Counted from the stretch's first letter, positions 9,320 through 20,016 are shown. The stretch: DNA of 64,000 nt from Vicinamibacterales bacterium (GCA_040081555.1 JBEBGG010000003.1:628-64627); one strand, 5' to 3'. The notes: generated by a model not told the origin, from the letters alone. Made by a program: numbers and translations.

Positions 9320-10695
9320 AAATCGTCTCTCGGCACAGCGCCGCCACTGACACCGCGGTGCGCCCGCGGATGTACTTTGTTCACATCCCCAAGACCGCCG
9401 GCATCACGCTGAAGGCGTTTCTTGAAAATCACTACGCCACCGGCGAGTCACTGGTCATCGACGAGTGGAAGGCGCGCGAGCTGCCGGCGCACGTGCTGCA
9501 GAGCTATCGGCTTCTCAGCGGCCATTACTCGTCTGAAGTGCTGGACGCGCTGGGCGAGCGCCCAGACGTGACGATCATGCTCGTCCGCGAGCCCGCCGCT
9601 CGCTTCCGTTCGTGGATGGCCCACTGTCGCCGACTGACGACCAGCAAGTACCGCCAGATGTGCGAGGGGCGCACCGATCGCGAAGTACTGGATGGCCCCG
9701 ACGGGTACACGTGCCATCAGTCTTACTGGCTCGCGCGGGCTCTTCGCGACGGCGCCAATGGCACGACCGTTCCTTCGACCGGCGAACTGAGCGAGCTGCT
9801 GGCGCGGGTGGACATCGCCGGAACCACCGAGGACATCGAGCGCTTCATGCAGCTGGTGTCGTTCCGGATGGGATGGCCGCCACCGCAACGTGGCTGGCAC
9901 ATCAATCGGCGGCCCGACGGCCTCACCGAGCACGCGGACCAGCAGGTGACAGACGAGGAACTGGACGCGTTGCTCGAGAGCGATCGCGCGCTCTACGCCA
10001 TGGCCAAGAACCGGTTCTGGACGGCCTACAGCGAGATGTTGTGCGCCATCCGTCCGGATGCGCCAGCCTTTTCGCCAGAAAGCGCGCAGGAGGTGCCAAC
10101 CGAGCTGGTGCAGGACTGGCTCCGGCGCCACTTCGAGGCCACGTTGGCCGGCCAATACGTCGCGCCCGTGAACCACATCGACATCACTGCGGACCGCCCG
10201 CTCAACGGCGAGGGGTGGTGGTGGCGCGAGCGGCCGAAGTCGACCGCCTATCGCTGGAGCGGACCAGACCGTGAATCCACACTCCTGGCCCCCCCGTTGG
10301 TCGAGGGGCAGGACTACGAGCTGACCTTGGACGCTATGGGTGCGGCCACCTGGCGCGTCTGGGATGAGGTGGCGATCACGATCAACGGCCAGCCAGTCCC
10401 GGCGGTGCACGAACGCTCCGCGCCCGCGGAACCAGGCAGCGCGTGCATCCGCATCCGGGCCAGAGTCCCCTCCTCTGCGATCGGGGTCCAGAAGGGACTC
10501 ACGCGGATCGGTCTCACCGCGCGTACCGAACAATCATTGACACATGCGCGCGTCGAGGAGTCCTTCGACACCTTCCACAACGACATGCGCATGGTCGGCC
10601 TCGCCCTGCACCGCGTGCAGCTCAAGGCCGTCGCCGCCCTGCCACGTCCGGTGCTGGCGCTCCGCCGGCCCCAGCGCGAGGGGCGCGCGGCCTGA
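9317..10695 (+). CDS. sulfotransferase family protein (Sulfotransfer_2-like) with an uncharacterised C-terminal domain
   Basis: ATGA overlap with the GT2 stop. 'MYFVHIPKTAGITLKAFL' is the PAPS 5'-phosphosulfate-binding loop of family-2 sulfotransferases. Confidence 0.7.
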
Positions 10696-10743
10696 GCGAC
10701 ACGGCGACATTAACGGCCCACGGCACGGGCGCTATCATGCCGT

Positions 10744-12897
10744 ATGCGCCAGACCCTTGCGGCCCTTGTTCTGACCTCCGTCTCGGCGCTCACGCCGGGC
10801 GTCGTCTCTGGACAGCCGGCACGGGCGCTCACCGCCGCCGACTACGCGCGAGCTGAGCGCTTCCTGCCGGCCGGCACGGCGCCACTCGTGCTCGGCGCCG
10901 GGGTCCGAGCCACGTGGTTGCCGGACGGCCGCTTCTGGTATCGCACCACGCGGGAGCGGGGGGCTGAGAGCTGGCTGGTCGACCCACGCACCGGAGCGAA
11001 GGTGGCGTGTGATCTTCCCGCCTGCCGCACGACCCCGCCACCAGTCGACTACGCACGCTCGCCCGACGGCCACTACACCGCCTTCATTCGAGACTGGAAC
11101 CTTTGGCTACGCGACACTGCCACCAACCGCGAGCGTCAGCTCACGACGGACGGTGTGACCGACTTCGGCTACGCCACCGACAACGCTGGCTGGGTCAGTA
11201 GCGACCGTCCGGTCCTGGTCTGGTCGCCAGACTCAACACAGATCGCCACTTTCCAGCAGGATCAGCGTGGCGTCGGCGAGATGCACCTGGTCAGCACGAA
11301 CGTTGGTCACCCGAAGCTGACCTCTTGGAAATATCCGCTGCCGGGCGATGCCGTCGTCACCACCATCCAACCCGTCGTGATCGATGTCGCGAGGGCGACG
11401 GTCGTGCGCATTCAGACGCCCCCTCTGCAGCACCGCTCGTCGATCTGCGACGACGTCTCGTGCCGGGGAGATGAGTGGACGGATGTGCAGTGGGCCGCCG
11501 ACAGCAAGAGCCTGGCGGTGGTATCGACCTCACGCGATCACCGCCACGAGGAGCTGCTGATTGCCGACGCAGTGACCGGGCGCGCCCGCAAGGTACTCGA
11601 GGAGACGGTGGCCACCTTCTTCGAGGCGGGCAACGGTCGGGCCAACTGGCGGTATCTGTCGGCGTCCAACCAACTGTTGTGGTTTTCTCAGAAGGACAAC
11701 TGGGGCCATCTTTATCTGCACGACGCCACCACCGGCGCCCTGACGCGGCAGATCACCAGGGGCGAGTTCAATGTCACGCAACTGCTGCGCGTCGACGAGC
11801 AGAACGGCTGGTTGTACTTCGTCGGCGTCGGCCGCGAAGCCGGGCGCGATCCGTACTTCCGGCACTTCTACCGCGCCTCGATCGACGGCAGGACCGTCAC
11901 GCGACTCTCACCCGCCGATGCCGATCACGACATTCAGCTGTCGCCGACGGGCGAGTTCTTTGTCGATGTCGCATCGACGCCAGCGACGCCGCCAGTGGCG
12001 GAGCTGCGCTCGGCCGATGGGCGCCTGGTCACGACGCTCGAAACCGCCGACATCTCGCGTCTCGTCAGCATCGGCTGGAGGCCACCGATGTCCGTCACCG
12101 TGAAGGCGCGCGACGGTGTCACCACGCTGTATGGCCTGCTCTACGCGCCCACCACCCTGGATCCATCGAAGAAATACCCGATCGTCAACCGTATCTATCC
12201 GGGCCCGCAGACCGGCAGCGTCGGTTCACGCAGCTTCAGCCCCGCCCGTGGCGACGCTCAGGCGCTGGCCGAACTCGGATTCATGGTCGTTGAAATCGAC
12301 GGCATGGGGACGCCCTGGCGGTCCAAGGCGTTCCATGATGCCTCCTACGGCAACATGGGCGACAACACCATTCCCGACCAGGTCGCCGGCATGCGCGACC
12401 TCGCGCGGCGGCTGCCCTACATCGATCTGGATCGTGTCGGCATCTACGGACATTCCGGTGGCGGCTACGCCACCGCGACGGCGATGCTGCGGTATCCCGA
12501 TTTCTTCAAGGTCGGCGTTGCCCAGGCCGGCAACCACGACAACCGCAACTACGAAGACGACTGGGCGGAAAAATGGCAGGGACTGCTGACAACCAACGCC
12601 GACGGCACGACCAACTACGACAACCAGGCCAACCAGCTCATCGCCGCTAATCTCAAGGGGCACCTGTTGCTCGCGCATGGCACGATGGACGCCAACGTCC
12701 CGCCCTCAAGTACTCTCCTCTTGGTCGACGCGCTCATCAAGGCCAACAAGGACTTCGATCTGCTCATGCTGCCCAACCGCGACCATGGGTTTGGTAACGA
12801 GCCGTATATGGTGCGACGCCGTTGGGATTACTTTGTAAAATACCTCCTCGGCTTGGAACCCCCACGCGAATATCAGATCGGTCGCAGTACTCCTTAG
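10744..12897 (+). CDS. S9 family serine peptidase, dipeptidyl-peptidase IV-like
   Basis: 717 aa with a signal peptide and a beta-propeller-like N-half. The C-terminal nucleophile elbow is 'GIYGHSGGGYATA', with a downstream 'HGTMDANV...DHGF' triad context. Confidence 0.85.
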   Translation: MRQTLAALVLTSVSALTPGVVSGQPARALTAADYARAERFLPAGTAPLVLGAGVRATWLPDGRFWYRTTRERGAESWLVDPRTGAKVACDLPACRTTPPPVDYARSPDGHYTAFIRDWNLWLRDTATNRERQLTTDGVTDFGYATDNAGWVSSDRPVLVWSPDSTQIATFQQDQRGVGEMHLVSTNVGHPKLTSWKYPLPGDAVVTTIQPVVIDVARATVVRIQTPPLQHRSSICDDVSCRGDEWTDVQWAADSKSLAVVSTSRDHRHEELLIADAVTGRARKVLEETVATFFEAGNGRANWRYLSASNQLLWFSQKDNWGHLYLHDATTGALTRQITRGEFNVTQLLRVDEQNGWLYFVGVGREAGRDPYFRHFYRASIDGRTVTRLSPADADHDIQLSPTGEFFVDVASTPATPPVAELRSADGRLVTTLETADISRLVSIGWRPPMSVTVKARDGVTTLYGLLYAPTTLDPSKKYPIVNRIYPGPQTGSVGSRSFSPARGDAQALAELGFMVVEIDGMGTPWRSKAFHDASYGNMGDNTIPDQVAGMRDLARRLPYIDLDRVGIYGHSGGGYATATAMLRYPDFFKVGVAQAGNHDNRNYEDDWAEKWQGLLTTNADGTTNYDNQANQLIAANLKGHLLLAHGTMDANVPPSSTLLLVDALIKANKDFDLLMLPNRDHGFGNEPYMVRRRWDYFVKYLLGLEPPREYQIGRSTP

Positions 12898-12903
12898 GTC
12901 ACA

Positions 12904-15366
12904 GTGCCAATCATCTCGCTCCTGCTCTCATTCATCCTCTCCGCAAGCGTCGCCAGGCCCATCACCATCACCGGCGACGTCACGACCGATCGACCAAAGG
13001 GACCGGTGGATGGCGCCATCGTGAGTGTCGGCGGTCTCAGCACCACCACTGACGCGAAGGGCGCCTTCTCGTTACCGATCGATGCCGCTGACGGCGAGGT
13101 CGTGCACCTGCTGGTTGTCAAGCCGGGCTATCACGACTTCACCATCGACCTGACGATCCGGAACGACCTCTCGGTGAGCGTGACGTTGTCACGGCGCACC
13201 TTTGAGGAGGAAGTCGTCGTCTCGGGTCGCGCGGCGAATATCGCGACGGCGGCGCCGGCCATCGAGCTCACGCCCATCACCGTCAGCCGCGTGGCCGGTG
13301 CCGGAGACAACGTCTACCGCGTGCTGCAGACGCTGCCGGGGGTCTCTGCTGCCGACGATTTCGGGAGCCGCCTGGCCGTGCGTGGCGGTGGTCCGGACCA
13401 GAATCTGACGATGATGGACGGCGTCGAGATCCACAATCCCTATCGGCTGTTCGGATTGACCAGCGCGTTCAACCCGGACACGATCGAGCGGTTTGAACTG
13501 ACGGCTGGTGGATTCAGCGCCAAGTACGGCGACCGGTTGTCGTCGATTCTCCTGGTTGACAATCGCATCGGCAACAGCGCGTCCCGGGTCACGGGCTCAG
13601 CGGCGCTGTCGGCCACAGACACGAATCTAGTGCTCGAGGGCGGCTTCCCGTCCGGCTCGTGGCTGGTCTCTGGCAGGCGCACCTACTACGATCTGGTCGC
13701 GGAGCGGGTGACCGACAATGACCTGCCGTCGTTTGGCGACCTCCAGACCAAGGTGAGCTGGGAACCACGCGTGGGCCAGCGTCTGACACTGACCGGAGTG
13801 ACCAGCCGAGAATCGACCGATGCCACCTTCAACGACAGCGGCAGCGGCGATCGTATCGGCCTGATCGACCACTCGCGCAACGACGTTGGCGCCCTCACCT
13901 ATTCCGCAGTGCTCGGCACGCGGGCCACCGCCACCACGACGCTGGCCGCCTATCGCTATCGAGACGACCTCGGGGTCGACGGCACGGTTCGCAACGACTC
14001 CACCCGTTCAAACGCCGCCAACGATGACACCGCATTCCCTCCAGCGGCCATCGTCTTCACGCGCGGCCTCGGCGTACGCGACCTGTCGGCACGCGAGAGC
14101 ATCCGCGTCGTGGTGACGCCGAAGCAGACACTCGACTTTGGCGCCGAGTACCATGCACTGCGGACCGACTGGGGTTGGATGATCACGGGTGACCGCAACG
14201 ACAGCGTCGCCAACGGCTCGAGCGTGCTGGGTGGTGCCGGGCTGCCATCCAACCTCGTCTCGACGGCCAAGAGCAGCCGAGCGGCACTCTTTGCGGAAGA
14301 CGAGATCCAACTGCGGCCGAGTCTGAGCGTCGCGGCCGGAGCCCGGCTCGATTGGAGCCAACTTTCCGGCGAACACCTGCTCTCACCCCGTGCGCGGGCG
14401 ACGATCACCCTGAGCCCACGCACGAAACTGAAGGCCGCGGGGGGACTGTTCACGCAGAGCCCTGGCTACGAGAAACTCCTGCAGTCCGACTACTTCGTCG
14501 ACCTCTCGAACAGCCAGGGACTCGGGCTGCAGAGCGAACGGTCCGTCCACGCCATCGGCGGCTGGGAACAGACCCTCACCGACGCCACCACCATTCGCGT
14601 CGAGGCCTACCACAAGACATTCGATCGGATGATGGCCGGCCGACTCGAAACCCCGGCCGAGACCGCCCTCCGCGTGGCGCAGTACGACTACCCGACGTCA
14701 CTCACCTCGCAAGTGCCAACGGCACCGCAGATCACGAGCGTGCCGAATAACAATGCGAGCGGACGCTCGTACGGGGTTGACCTCTTCCTCGAGAAGCGGC
14801 AGCTGGGCGCCCGCGACCGCGTCACGGGCTGGGTGTCCTACACCCTGGGCAAAGCCACTCTCGACAACTACGACCAGTCGTATCCCTTCGACTACGACCG
14901 GCGACACTCGCTCAGCATCGTGTCGACGTGGCGCTTCATCCCGCGCGTCGACCTTGGTGCGACGCTGCGCGTGGCCTCCGGCTTCCCGGCATCCACACCG
15001 GTCGGTATCCGCGTGGCATCGGTGCTGAAAGACGGCGCGACGCCGGGTGCGCCCAAGAGCCTGGTGCCACGCACGGACGCCAACGGTTTACTGATGTGGA
15101 CCGCCGACTTTGGCGGCGTGGAGAATCTGAATCGCAGTCGATTGCCGCTCTACGCGCGCCTCGATCTGCGGTTCACCTACATCCGCCGGCCCACGAGCCG
15201 GTGGCAGTTCTATCTCGAAGCCATCAATGCGCTCAATCGAAAGAACGCCAGTTCATTGACGCCCAAGCTGGTGTTCGATCCCGGCGCGGATCGTCCCGGC
15301 CTGACCCTGTCGCGTGACGGTGGCCTACCGTTCTTCCCGTCTGGCGGCTTCCGCTGGCGCTTTTGA
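12904..15366 (+). CDS. TonB-dependent receptor with N-terminal carboxypeptidase-regulatory-like domain
   Basis: N-terminus 'ITGDVTTD..PVDGAIVSVGGLSTTTDAKGAFSL' (CarbopepD_reg). Plug 'GDNVYRVLQTLPGV'. The C-terminus ends in an aromatic residue ('FRWRF'). Confidence 0.8.
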   Translation: MPIISLLLSFILSASVARPITITGDVTTDRPKGPVDGAIVSVGGLSTTTDAKGAFSLPIDAADGEVVHLLVVKPGYHDFTIDLTIRNDLSVSVTLSRRTFEEEVVVSGRAANIATAAPAIELTPITVSRVAGAGDNVYRVLQTLPGVSAADDFGSRLAVRGGGPDQNLTMMDGVEIHNPYRLFGLTSAFNPDTIERFELTAGGFSAKYGDRLSSILLVDNRIGNSASRVTGSAALSATDTNLVLEGGFPSGSWLVSGRRTYYDLVAERVTDNDLPSFGDLQTKVSWEPRVGQRLTLTGVTSRESTDATFNDSGSGDRIGLIDHSRNDVGALTYSAVLGTRATATTTLAAYRYRDDLGVDGTVRNDSTRSNAANDDTAFPPAAIVFTRGLGVRDLSARESIRVVVTPKQTLDFGAEYHALRTDWGWMITGDRNDSVANGSSVLGGAGLPSNLVSTAKSSRAALFAEDEIQLRPSLSVAAGARLDWSQLSGEHLLSPRARATITLSPRTKLKAAGGLFTQSPGYEKLLQSDYFVDLSNSQGLGLQSERSVHAIGGWEQTLTDATTIRVEAYHKTFDRMMAGRLETPAETALRVAQYDYPTSLTSQVPTAPQITSVPNNNASGRSYGVDLFLEKRQLGARDRVTGWVSYTLGKATLDNYDQSYPFDYDRRHSLSIVSTWRFIPRVDLGATLRVASGFPASTPVGIRVASVLKDGATPGAPKSLVPRTDANGLLMWTADFGGVENLNRSRLPLYARLDLRFTYIRRPTSRWQFYLEAINALNRKNASSLTPKLVFDPGADRPGLTLSRDGGLPFFPSGGFRWRF

Positions 15367-15424
15367 GGCTAAGCTCTCTGTGCCTTGGGTCCCGCTGTGG
15401 CCTCAGGTCAATTCTGATCGCCCG

Positions 15425-17383
15425 ATGGTGAATGCATCTCGCAGCGCTGCCGCCGGCATCGCCATCGCAGGACTGATGGCCTTGGCCATCACGCTCGCCA
15501 TCGCGTGGCCGGTGGTCCTTCACCCGAACACGATGATCTACGGGCGAGAGATTCTTGGCCGGCACCCGGATCCGTACGTCACGATTCAGCACCTGGGAGG
15601 CGCCCCCGACGCCAGCGCACCGACGCAGCCACTCACCGACGGCCTCGGGCGGGTTCTGGCCCAGCGGATGTCACCGGTCGCCGCCTACAACCTGCTGGTG
15701 TTGCTGTCGTTTCCGTTGTCGGCAATGGCCGCCTACGCGCTGGGCCGCTACCTGATGCGCTCTCACGGCGCGGCAGTCATTGCGGCGCTTGCATTTGCGT
15801 TCTCGCCAGCACACCTGGCGCAAGCCGCCTATCACCCGCACTTTATCCAGACGCAGTGGATACCGCTCTTCGTGCTGGCGTTACTGGCTCTGGTCGATCG
15901 CTTCTCGATGGCCCACATCGTCGCCACCATTTTTGCCTGCGCGGCGCTCGTCCTGGCCAACACCGACGGCGCGGTGATCGGCGTCGTGATGGCACCGGTG
16001 ATTTTGGCGACCTATTGGGCCCTCCGAGACGACGCCGACCACAATCCGTGGCCGTTTCTCGGCCCGATGGCCGTCGTCTCCGTGATCGCGATCGGCTTCG
16101 GCCTGCTGGTCTGGAGCAATCATCTGCAGCTCGGGGGCGACGGATCACGCGTCGGCTACGCGCTCGAGGACATCGGCTTCTATCGCGCACGCTGGTGGAC
16201 CTATCTGACACCGGCGGTCGACAATCCCCTTCTGGCGCCGATCTCGGCGCCGATCTTCGATCGCAGCGACGTCACGTTGCAGCTCACCGAGTCGCAGCTC
16301 TATCTTGGCTACGCACTCCTGTGCCTGGCGGGGGTCGCGCTGGTCTCGTCCATCGCGTCCTGGCGTGCCGATCCGCGGCGACGTTGGGTGCCTGCCGCCC
16401 TGGCCGTGGGCGTGGTCGCGGCGCTGATCTCACTGGGGCCCACTTCAGGGGCGTGTCTGCCGTCGACGCTCGCACCAGCGTGTCTGCTCTACGGCGTCGC
16501 GCCTGTCTTCGGTGTCTACGCGCGCTTCGGCGTCATGACGCAATTGGTGGTGGCCCTGGCCGCCGGCCTTGGTGCGAGCGTGCTCGCCCATCGATCATCG
16601 AAGTGGCGCGGCGTTGCGGCGGGTCTCCTGGTGCTGGCGACGGTCGAGTACTGGCCATGGCCGGCGCGCGCGCATGACGTCCTGCCAACCTCTGCGCATC
16701 GCTGGCTCGCTTCTGCGCCAGACGGCGGCCGCACGCTCGACTGCTATCCAGGTGCCCCTGACACGGCGCTTCCATGGCTGATGCAGCGCGACATCACGTT
16801 TCTCGGTGAAGCGCTCGAAGACTGCACCGATCCGGAGCTTGGCAGCACGCTGGCGGGCATGCAGGTGTCGCAGGTGTTGGTGCGCCGCAGTGCCATCGCG
16901 TCGGCATTGGCCACACCCCTGCCCGTTGGTATCACGCTCTCGCGCAGCTTTCCCGACGCCGATCTCTATGCCGTGTCGCAGACACCGCCGGCGATCGTCA
17001 CCGTGCAGTCAATAGGCTTTTGGGGCCGCGAACATGCCGGCACCGATTGGTGGCGCTGGATGAGCCCGTCAGGACGTTGGGTGGTACGAAACACCACCGG
17101 GTCGCCTCAGCGAGTGTCGCTCTCCGTCAATCTGCAACCGATCGGCACGCCCCGGCGCCTCACCGTCACCATGGCTGGCACACCAGACGCCACGCAATTG
17201 TTGGTGATGAACCCCCAGGACGTGACGTTCGGTCCTTGGACCCTGGGCCCGGGCGATCACGAGCTGGCCTTCACCGTCGATGGCGAACCGGTGCGTCCCG
17301 CCGCCACACAGGGTGGCGACGATCAACGACTGCTGACCGTGTCGTTCAGAAACGAGCGCTGGATACTGGACGATGGGCGCTAG
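15425..17383 (+). CDS. polytopic membrane protein of unknown function with a C-terminal soluble domain
   Basis: ATG 15425 precedes the first TM segment. There are more than 10 hydrophobic segments followed by a soluble tail of about 200 aa. The longer ORF from 15314 overlaps the receptor gene. Confidence 0.6.
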   Translation: MVNASRSAAAGIAIAGLMALAITLAIAWPVVLHPNTMIYGREILGRHPDPYVTIQHLGGAPDASAPTQPLTDGLGRVLAQRMSPVAAYNLLVLLSFPLSAMAAYALGRYLMRSHGAAVIAALAFAFSPAHLAQAAYHPHFIQTQWIPLFVLALLALVDRFSMAHIVATIFACAALVLANTDGAVIGVVMAPVILATYWALRDDADHNPWPFLGPMAVVSVIAIGFGLLVWSNHLQLGGDGSRVGYALEDIGFYRARWWTYLTPAVDNPLLAPISAPIFDRSDVTLQLTESQLYLGYALLCLAGVALVSSIASWRADPRRRWVPAALAVGVVAALISLGPTSGACLPSTLAPACLLYGVAPVFGVYARFGVMTQLVVALAAGLGASVLAHRSSKWRGVAAGLLVLATVEYWPWPARAHDVLPTSAHRWLASAPDGGRTLDCYPGAPDTALPWLMQRDITFLGEALEDCTDPELGSTLAGMQVSQVLVRRSAIASALATPLPVGITLSRSFPDADLYAVSQTPPAIVTVQSIGFWGREHAGTDWWRWMSPSGRWVVRNTTGSPQRVSLSVNLQPIGTPRRLTVTMAGTPDATQLLVMNPQDVTFGPWTLGPGDHELAFTVDGEPVRPAATQGGDDQRLLTVSFRNERWILDDGR

Positions 17384-17392
17384 GAACGAGCC

Positions 17393-18067
17393 ATGACCCC
17401 TCCGACCGCGACGTGGCGCGACCGCGCGATGTTCGTGATCAGAAAATTCGTCATCGGATACCGCATCTCCAAGGAGCCGCATTTCGATCGCGAGGCCACG
17501 GCGCACTTCGAGAACGCGGTGGCGCGCTCCACCAACTATCTCGAGTATGGCAGTGGGGGCTCGACGATACGGGCGTGGCAGTCCGCCCGCACGGTGGTCT
17601 CAGTCGACAACGATCGCGGTTACGTGCGCGCCGTGAGCCGCGCACTCACACGGTCCGCCCGCAGACCGCAGCTGTCGCAGCTGATTCACGTCCACACGGG
17701 AATCACCTGGCAGTACGGGATTCCGGTCTTCAAGGCGCCCACGCCCAGGCGACTGCAACGCTGGCAGCGCTACGCCACCGCTCCCTGGGAATTCCTGCGC
17801 GCTCATGCCATCGTCCCAGACACCATCCTGGTCGATGGCCGCTTTCGGGTGGCCTGCATCCTCGAATCCCTACTGAATCTCGATGACGGGAGCGCCTGCG
17901 TGATCCTGGTGGACGACTACCTGGACCGCCCTGAGTACAGCGTGGTCGAGGCATTCGCCGACCGCGTGGCCACGGCTGGACGCATGGTGACGTTGCGCAA
18001 GAAACCAGACTTCGACCGGCAGGAGTGTCTGCGTCTGCTGCCCCACTTCCAGCGGGAGTGGCGATAG
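17393..18067 (+). CDS. hypothetical protein, possible SAM-methyltransferase-fold
   Basis: 'YLEYGSGGSTIRA...VVSVDND' resembles a glycine-rich motif I plus an acidic loop. 'ILVDGRFR' follows. Confidence 0.5.
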   Translation: MTPPTATWRDRAMFVIRKFVIGYRISKEPHFDREATAHFENAVARSTNYLEYGSGGSTIRAWQSARTVVSVDNDRGYVRAVSRALTRSARRPQLSQLIHVHTGITWQYGIPVFKAPTPRRLQRWQRYATAPWEFLRAHAIVPDTILVDGRFRVACILESLLNLDDGSACVILVDDYLDRPEYSVVEAFADRVATAGRMVTLRKKPDFDRQECLRLLPHFQREWR

Positions 18068-18068
18068 G

Positions 18069-19271
18069 GTGCGCGGCGTGCTCACCGGCGACGGCGCGTG
18101 GTGCTGGTTTCAGGACCCGCGCGCGGTGCACATCCATCACCGCTTCCGCCGCACCACCGCCACGTGGGTGACGCGCTCGGGAGAGTTGCAAGTCGGCAGC
18201 TACGATCACGACACGAATGACACGGGCGTCTTCACAGTGAGACGACGATGGGGCGCCGACGACCATGGTAGTGGCTCGCTGCTAGTACTGCCCGACCGGC
18301 GCCTCATGGTCTTCTACGCACAACACAACGGGAAGGGACTCTACTGCCGAACCACGACGCAGGCTGAAGACATCCGCGAATGGGACGAAGAGGTGGCGGT
18401 CACGACGGACGACCGGGTGACCTATTCCAATCCTGTCTATCTGCGCGACGAGGGGCGCATGTACCTCTTCTGGCGCGGTCAGGACTGGAAGCCGACCTAT
18501 GCGACGTCGTCTGATGGCTCGACGTGGTCGGAGCCACGCACGCTTATTCGTGATGCGGCGCGAGCCGCGCACAACGTCCGCCCGTACTTCAAGATTGCGT
18601 CCGATGGCACGTCGGCGATCGACATCGTCTTCACCGATGGCCACCCGCGGGATGAGCCCACCAATTCTGTCTACCACGTGCGCTATGAGCGGCAGGAACT
18701 CCGCGCCTCGGACGGCCGCGTGCTGGGGCGTCTCGAGGACCTGCCCCTGTCGCCCCGCGTCGCTTCCGTGGTCTACGAGGGTCGGCAGCAGCGTGTGCCG
18801 GCCTGGGTCTGGGATCTGGCGCTCGATCGGAGTGGACACCCGGTCGTCGCCTATACCCGTCTGCCTTCTATTGGCGATCATCGCTATCACTACGCGCGAT
18901 GGACCGGACAGGCGTGGTCAGACACGCAGATCACACCCGGCGGTGGGTGGTTCCCCCGGACGCCGCGGTGGCGGCGCGAGCGTGAACCCCACTACTCGGG
19001 CGGCATCGCACTGGACCATGCCGACCCCTCAACCGCGTACCTCTCTCGCCAAGTCGACGGGCGCTTCGAAATCGAGCGGTGGGCCACAGCCGATGGCGGC
19101 CACAGCTGGGACATGACCCCGATCACGAGTGGCTCCGAGCAGGACAATGTCCGTCCGGTGGTCCCGCGGGGAGTCACAGGGCAGGGCGACCTCGTCCTCT
19201 GGCTCCAGGGCCGCTACGTGCGCTACACGAAGTACGACATGCGGATCGCGATGCACGCCTCTCTGCGCTGA
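18069..19271 (+). CDS. BNR repeat-containing protein (BNR_4-like)
   Basis: N-terminus 'GDGAWCWFQDPRAV'. Asp-box-like 'SSDGSTWS' and 'TADGGHSW'. GTG start. Confidence 0.7.
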   Translation: MRGVLTGDGAWCWFQDPRAVHIHHRFRRTTATWVTRSGELQVGSYDHDTNDTGVFTVRRRWGADDHGSGSLLVLPDRRLMVFYAQHNGKGLYCRTTTQAEDIREWDEEVAVTTDDRVTYSNPVYLRDEGRMYLFWRGQDWKPTYATSSDGSTWSEPRTLIRDAARAAHNVRPYFKIASDGTSAIDIVFTDGHPRDEPTNSVYHVRYERQELRASDGRVLGRLEDLPLSPRVASVVYEGRQQRVPAWVWDLALDRSGHPVVAYTRLPSIGDHRYHYARWTGQAWSDTQITPGGGWFPRTPRWRREREPHYSGGIALDHADPSTAYLSRQVDGRFEIERWATADGGHSWDMTPITSGSEQDNVRPVVPRGVTGQGDLVLWLQGRYVRYTKYDMRIAMHASLR

Positions 19272-19485
19272 TCGGCGCTAGCCAACCCTGCTCGGCGCGT
19301 CTGGGCCGCCCTCGTAAACGGCACGTCCATCAGCCCTGGGACCGCGCCCAGGCCTGGCGCGAGAAATCTCGCGGCCACTCCTGAAATCTCCCCCCTTCAG
19401 CGTGCCTGAGGCGGCGGCGCCCTCTGATCACGGCCTTCCTGGACGGTCAAGCTCTTGCAGCAACGGCCGTACAGAGGAGAGACCT

Positions 19486-20010
19486 ATGATGAGTTGTGTG
19501 TCTGGACGGATGTTCGCACCTGCAGTTCTGCTGGCTTTCGGAAGCTCGTTGCTCTTGTCAGGGTGTAACAAGCCCGAACCGGCGCCCGCGCCCGTGGTGC
19601 CGAAGGTCAGTGTCAACGCGATCATGGTAACGATGGTGGACAACGCGGGCCACGTGTTGTGGGACGTCGAAAAACCTGACGGCGCTCCCAAGGACGAAGC
19701 AGACTGGCTGGAAATCGAGGACCATGCGATTCAAATGGCGGCGGCCGGCTCCCTGATCCAGCTCGGGGGCACCGGTCCGGCCGACGCGGGGTGGATTCGT
19801 CAGGTCGGGTGGAGCAAGAGCGCTGACATGATGGCCGACGCCGCGCTGACGGCGCTGAGCGCGGCGAAGGCCAGGGATCTCCCGGCGCTCATCAAGGCCA
19901 ACGGCCTTCTGGCGGATTCCTGCACCAGCTGCCACGACGCGTTCAAGCCCGGTCTCCCGACCGAAGGCATCACGCACCAGCGACCGCACTCAGAGTCGCA
20001 CTCCAAGTAA
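19486..20010 (+). CDS. cytochrome c'-like (class II cytochrome c) lipoprotein
   Basis: GAGGAG RBS, signal peptide with lipobox 'LLLSGC', and a single CxxCH near the C-terminus ('DSCTSCHDAFKP'), as in class II cytochromes c. Confidence 0.65.
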   Translation: MMSCVSGRMFAPAVLLAFGSSLLLSGCNKPEPAPAPVVPKVSVNAIMVTMVDNAGHVLWDVEKPDGAPKDEADWLEIEDHAIQMAAAGSLIQLGGTGPADAGWIRQVGWSKSADMMADAALTALSAAKARDLPALIKANGLLADSCTSCHDAFKPGLPTEGITHQRPHSESHSK

Positions 20011-20016
20011 TTGGTT

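Noticed and set aside
9448-10533. 361-aa minus-strand ORF, and similar long antisense or out-of-frame ORFs: 37127-38224(-), 21701-23011(+), 29712-30674(+), 25424-26284(+), 27062-27943(+), 15505-16677(+), 996-1877(+), 32312-33220(+), 35631-36536(+), 46614-47408(-), 44543-45259(-), 45100-45876(-), 49100-49873(-), 50121-51056(+), 57559-58290(-).
   Set aside because: Their products are Arg/Ala/Gly/Pro-rich with no motifs. They lie entirely opposite or out of frame to ORFs with strong family signatures. This is the expected stop-codon-poor shadow-frame effect in DNA of about 65% G+C.
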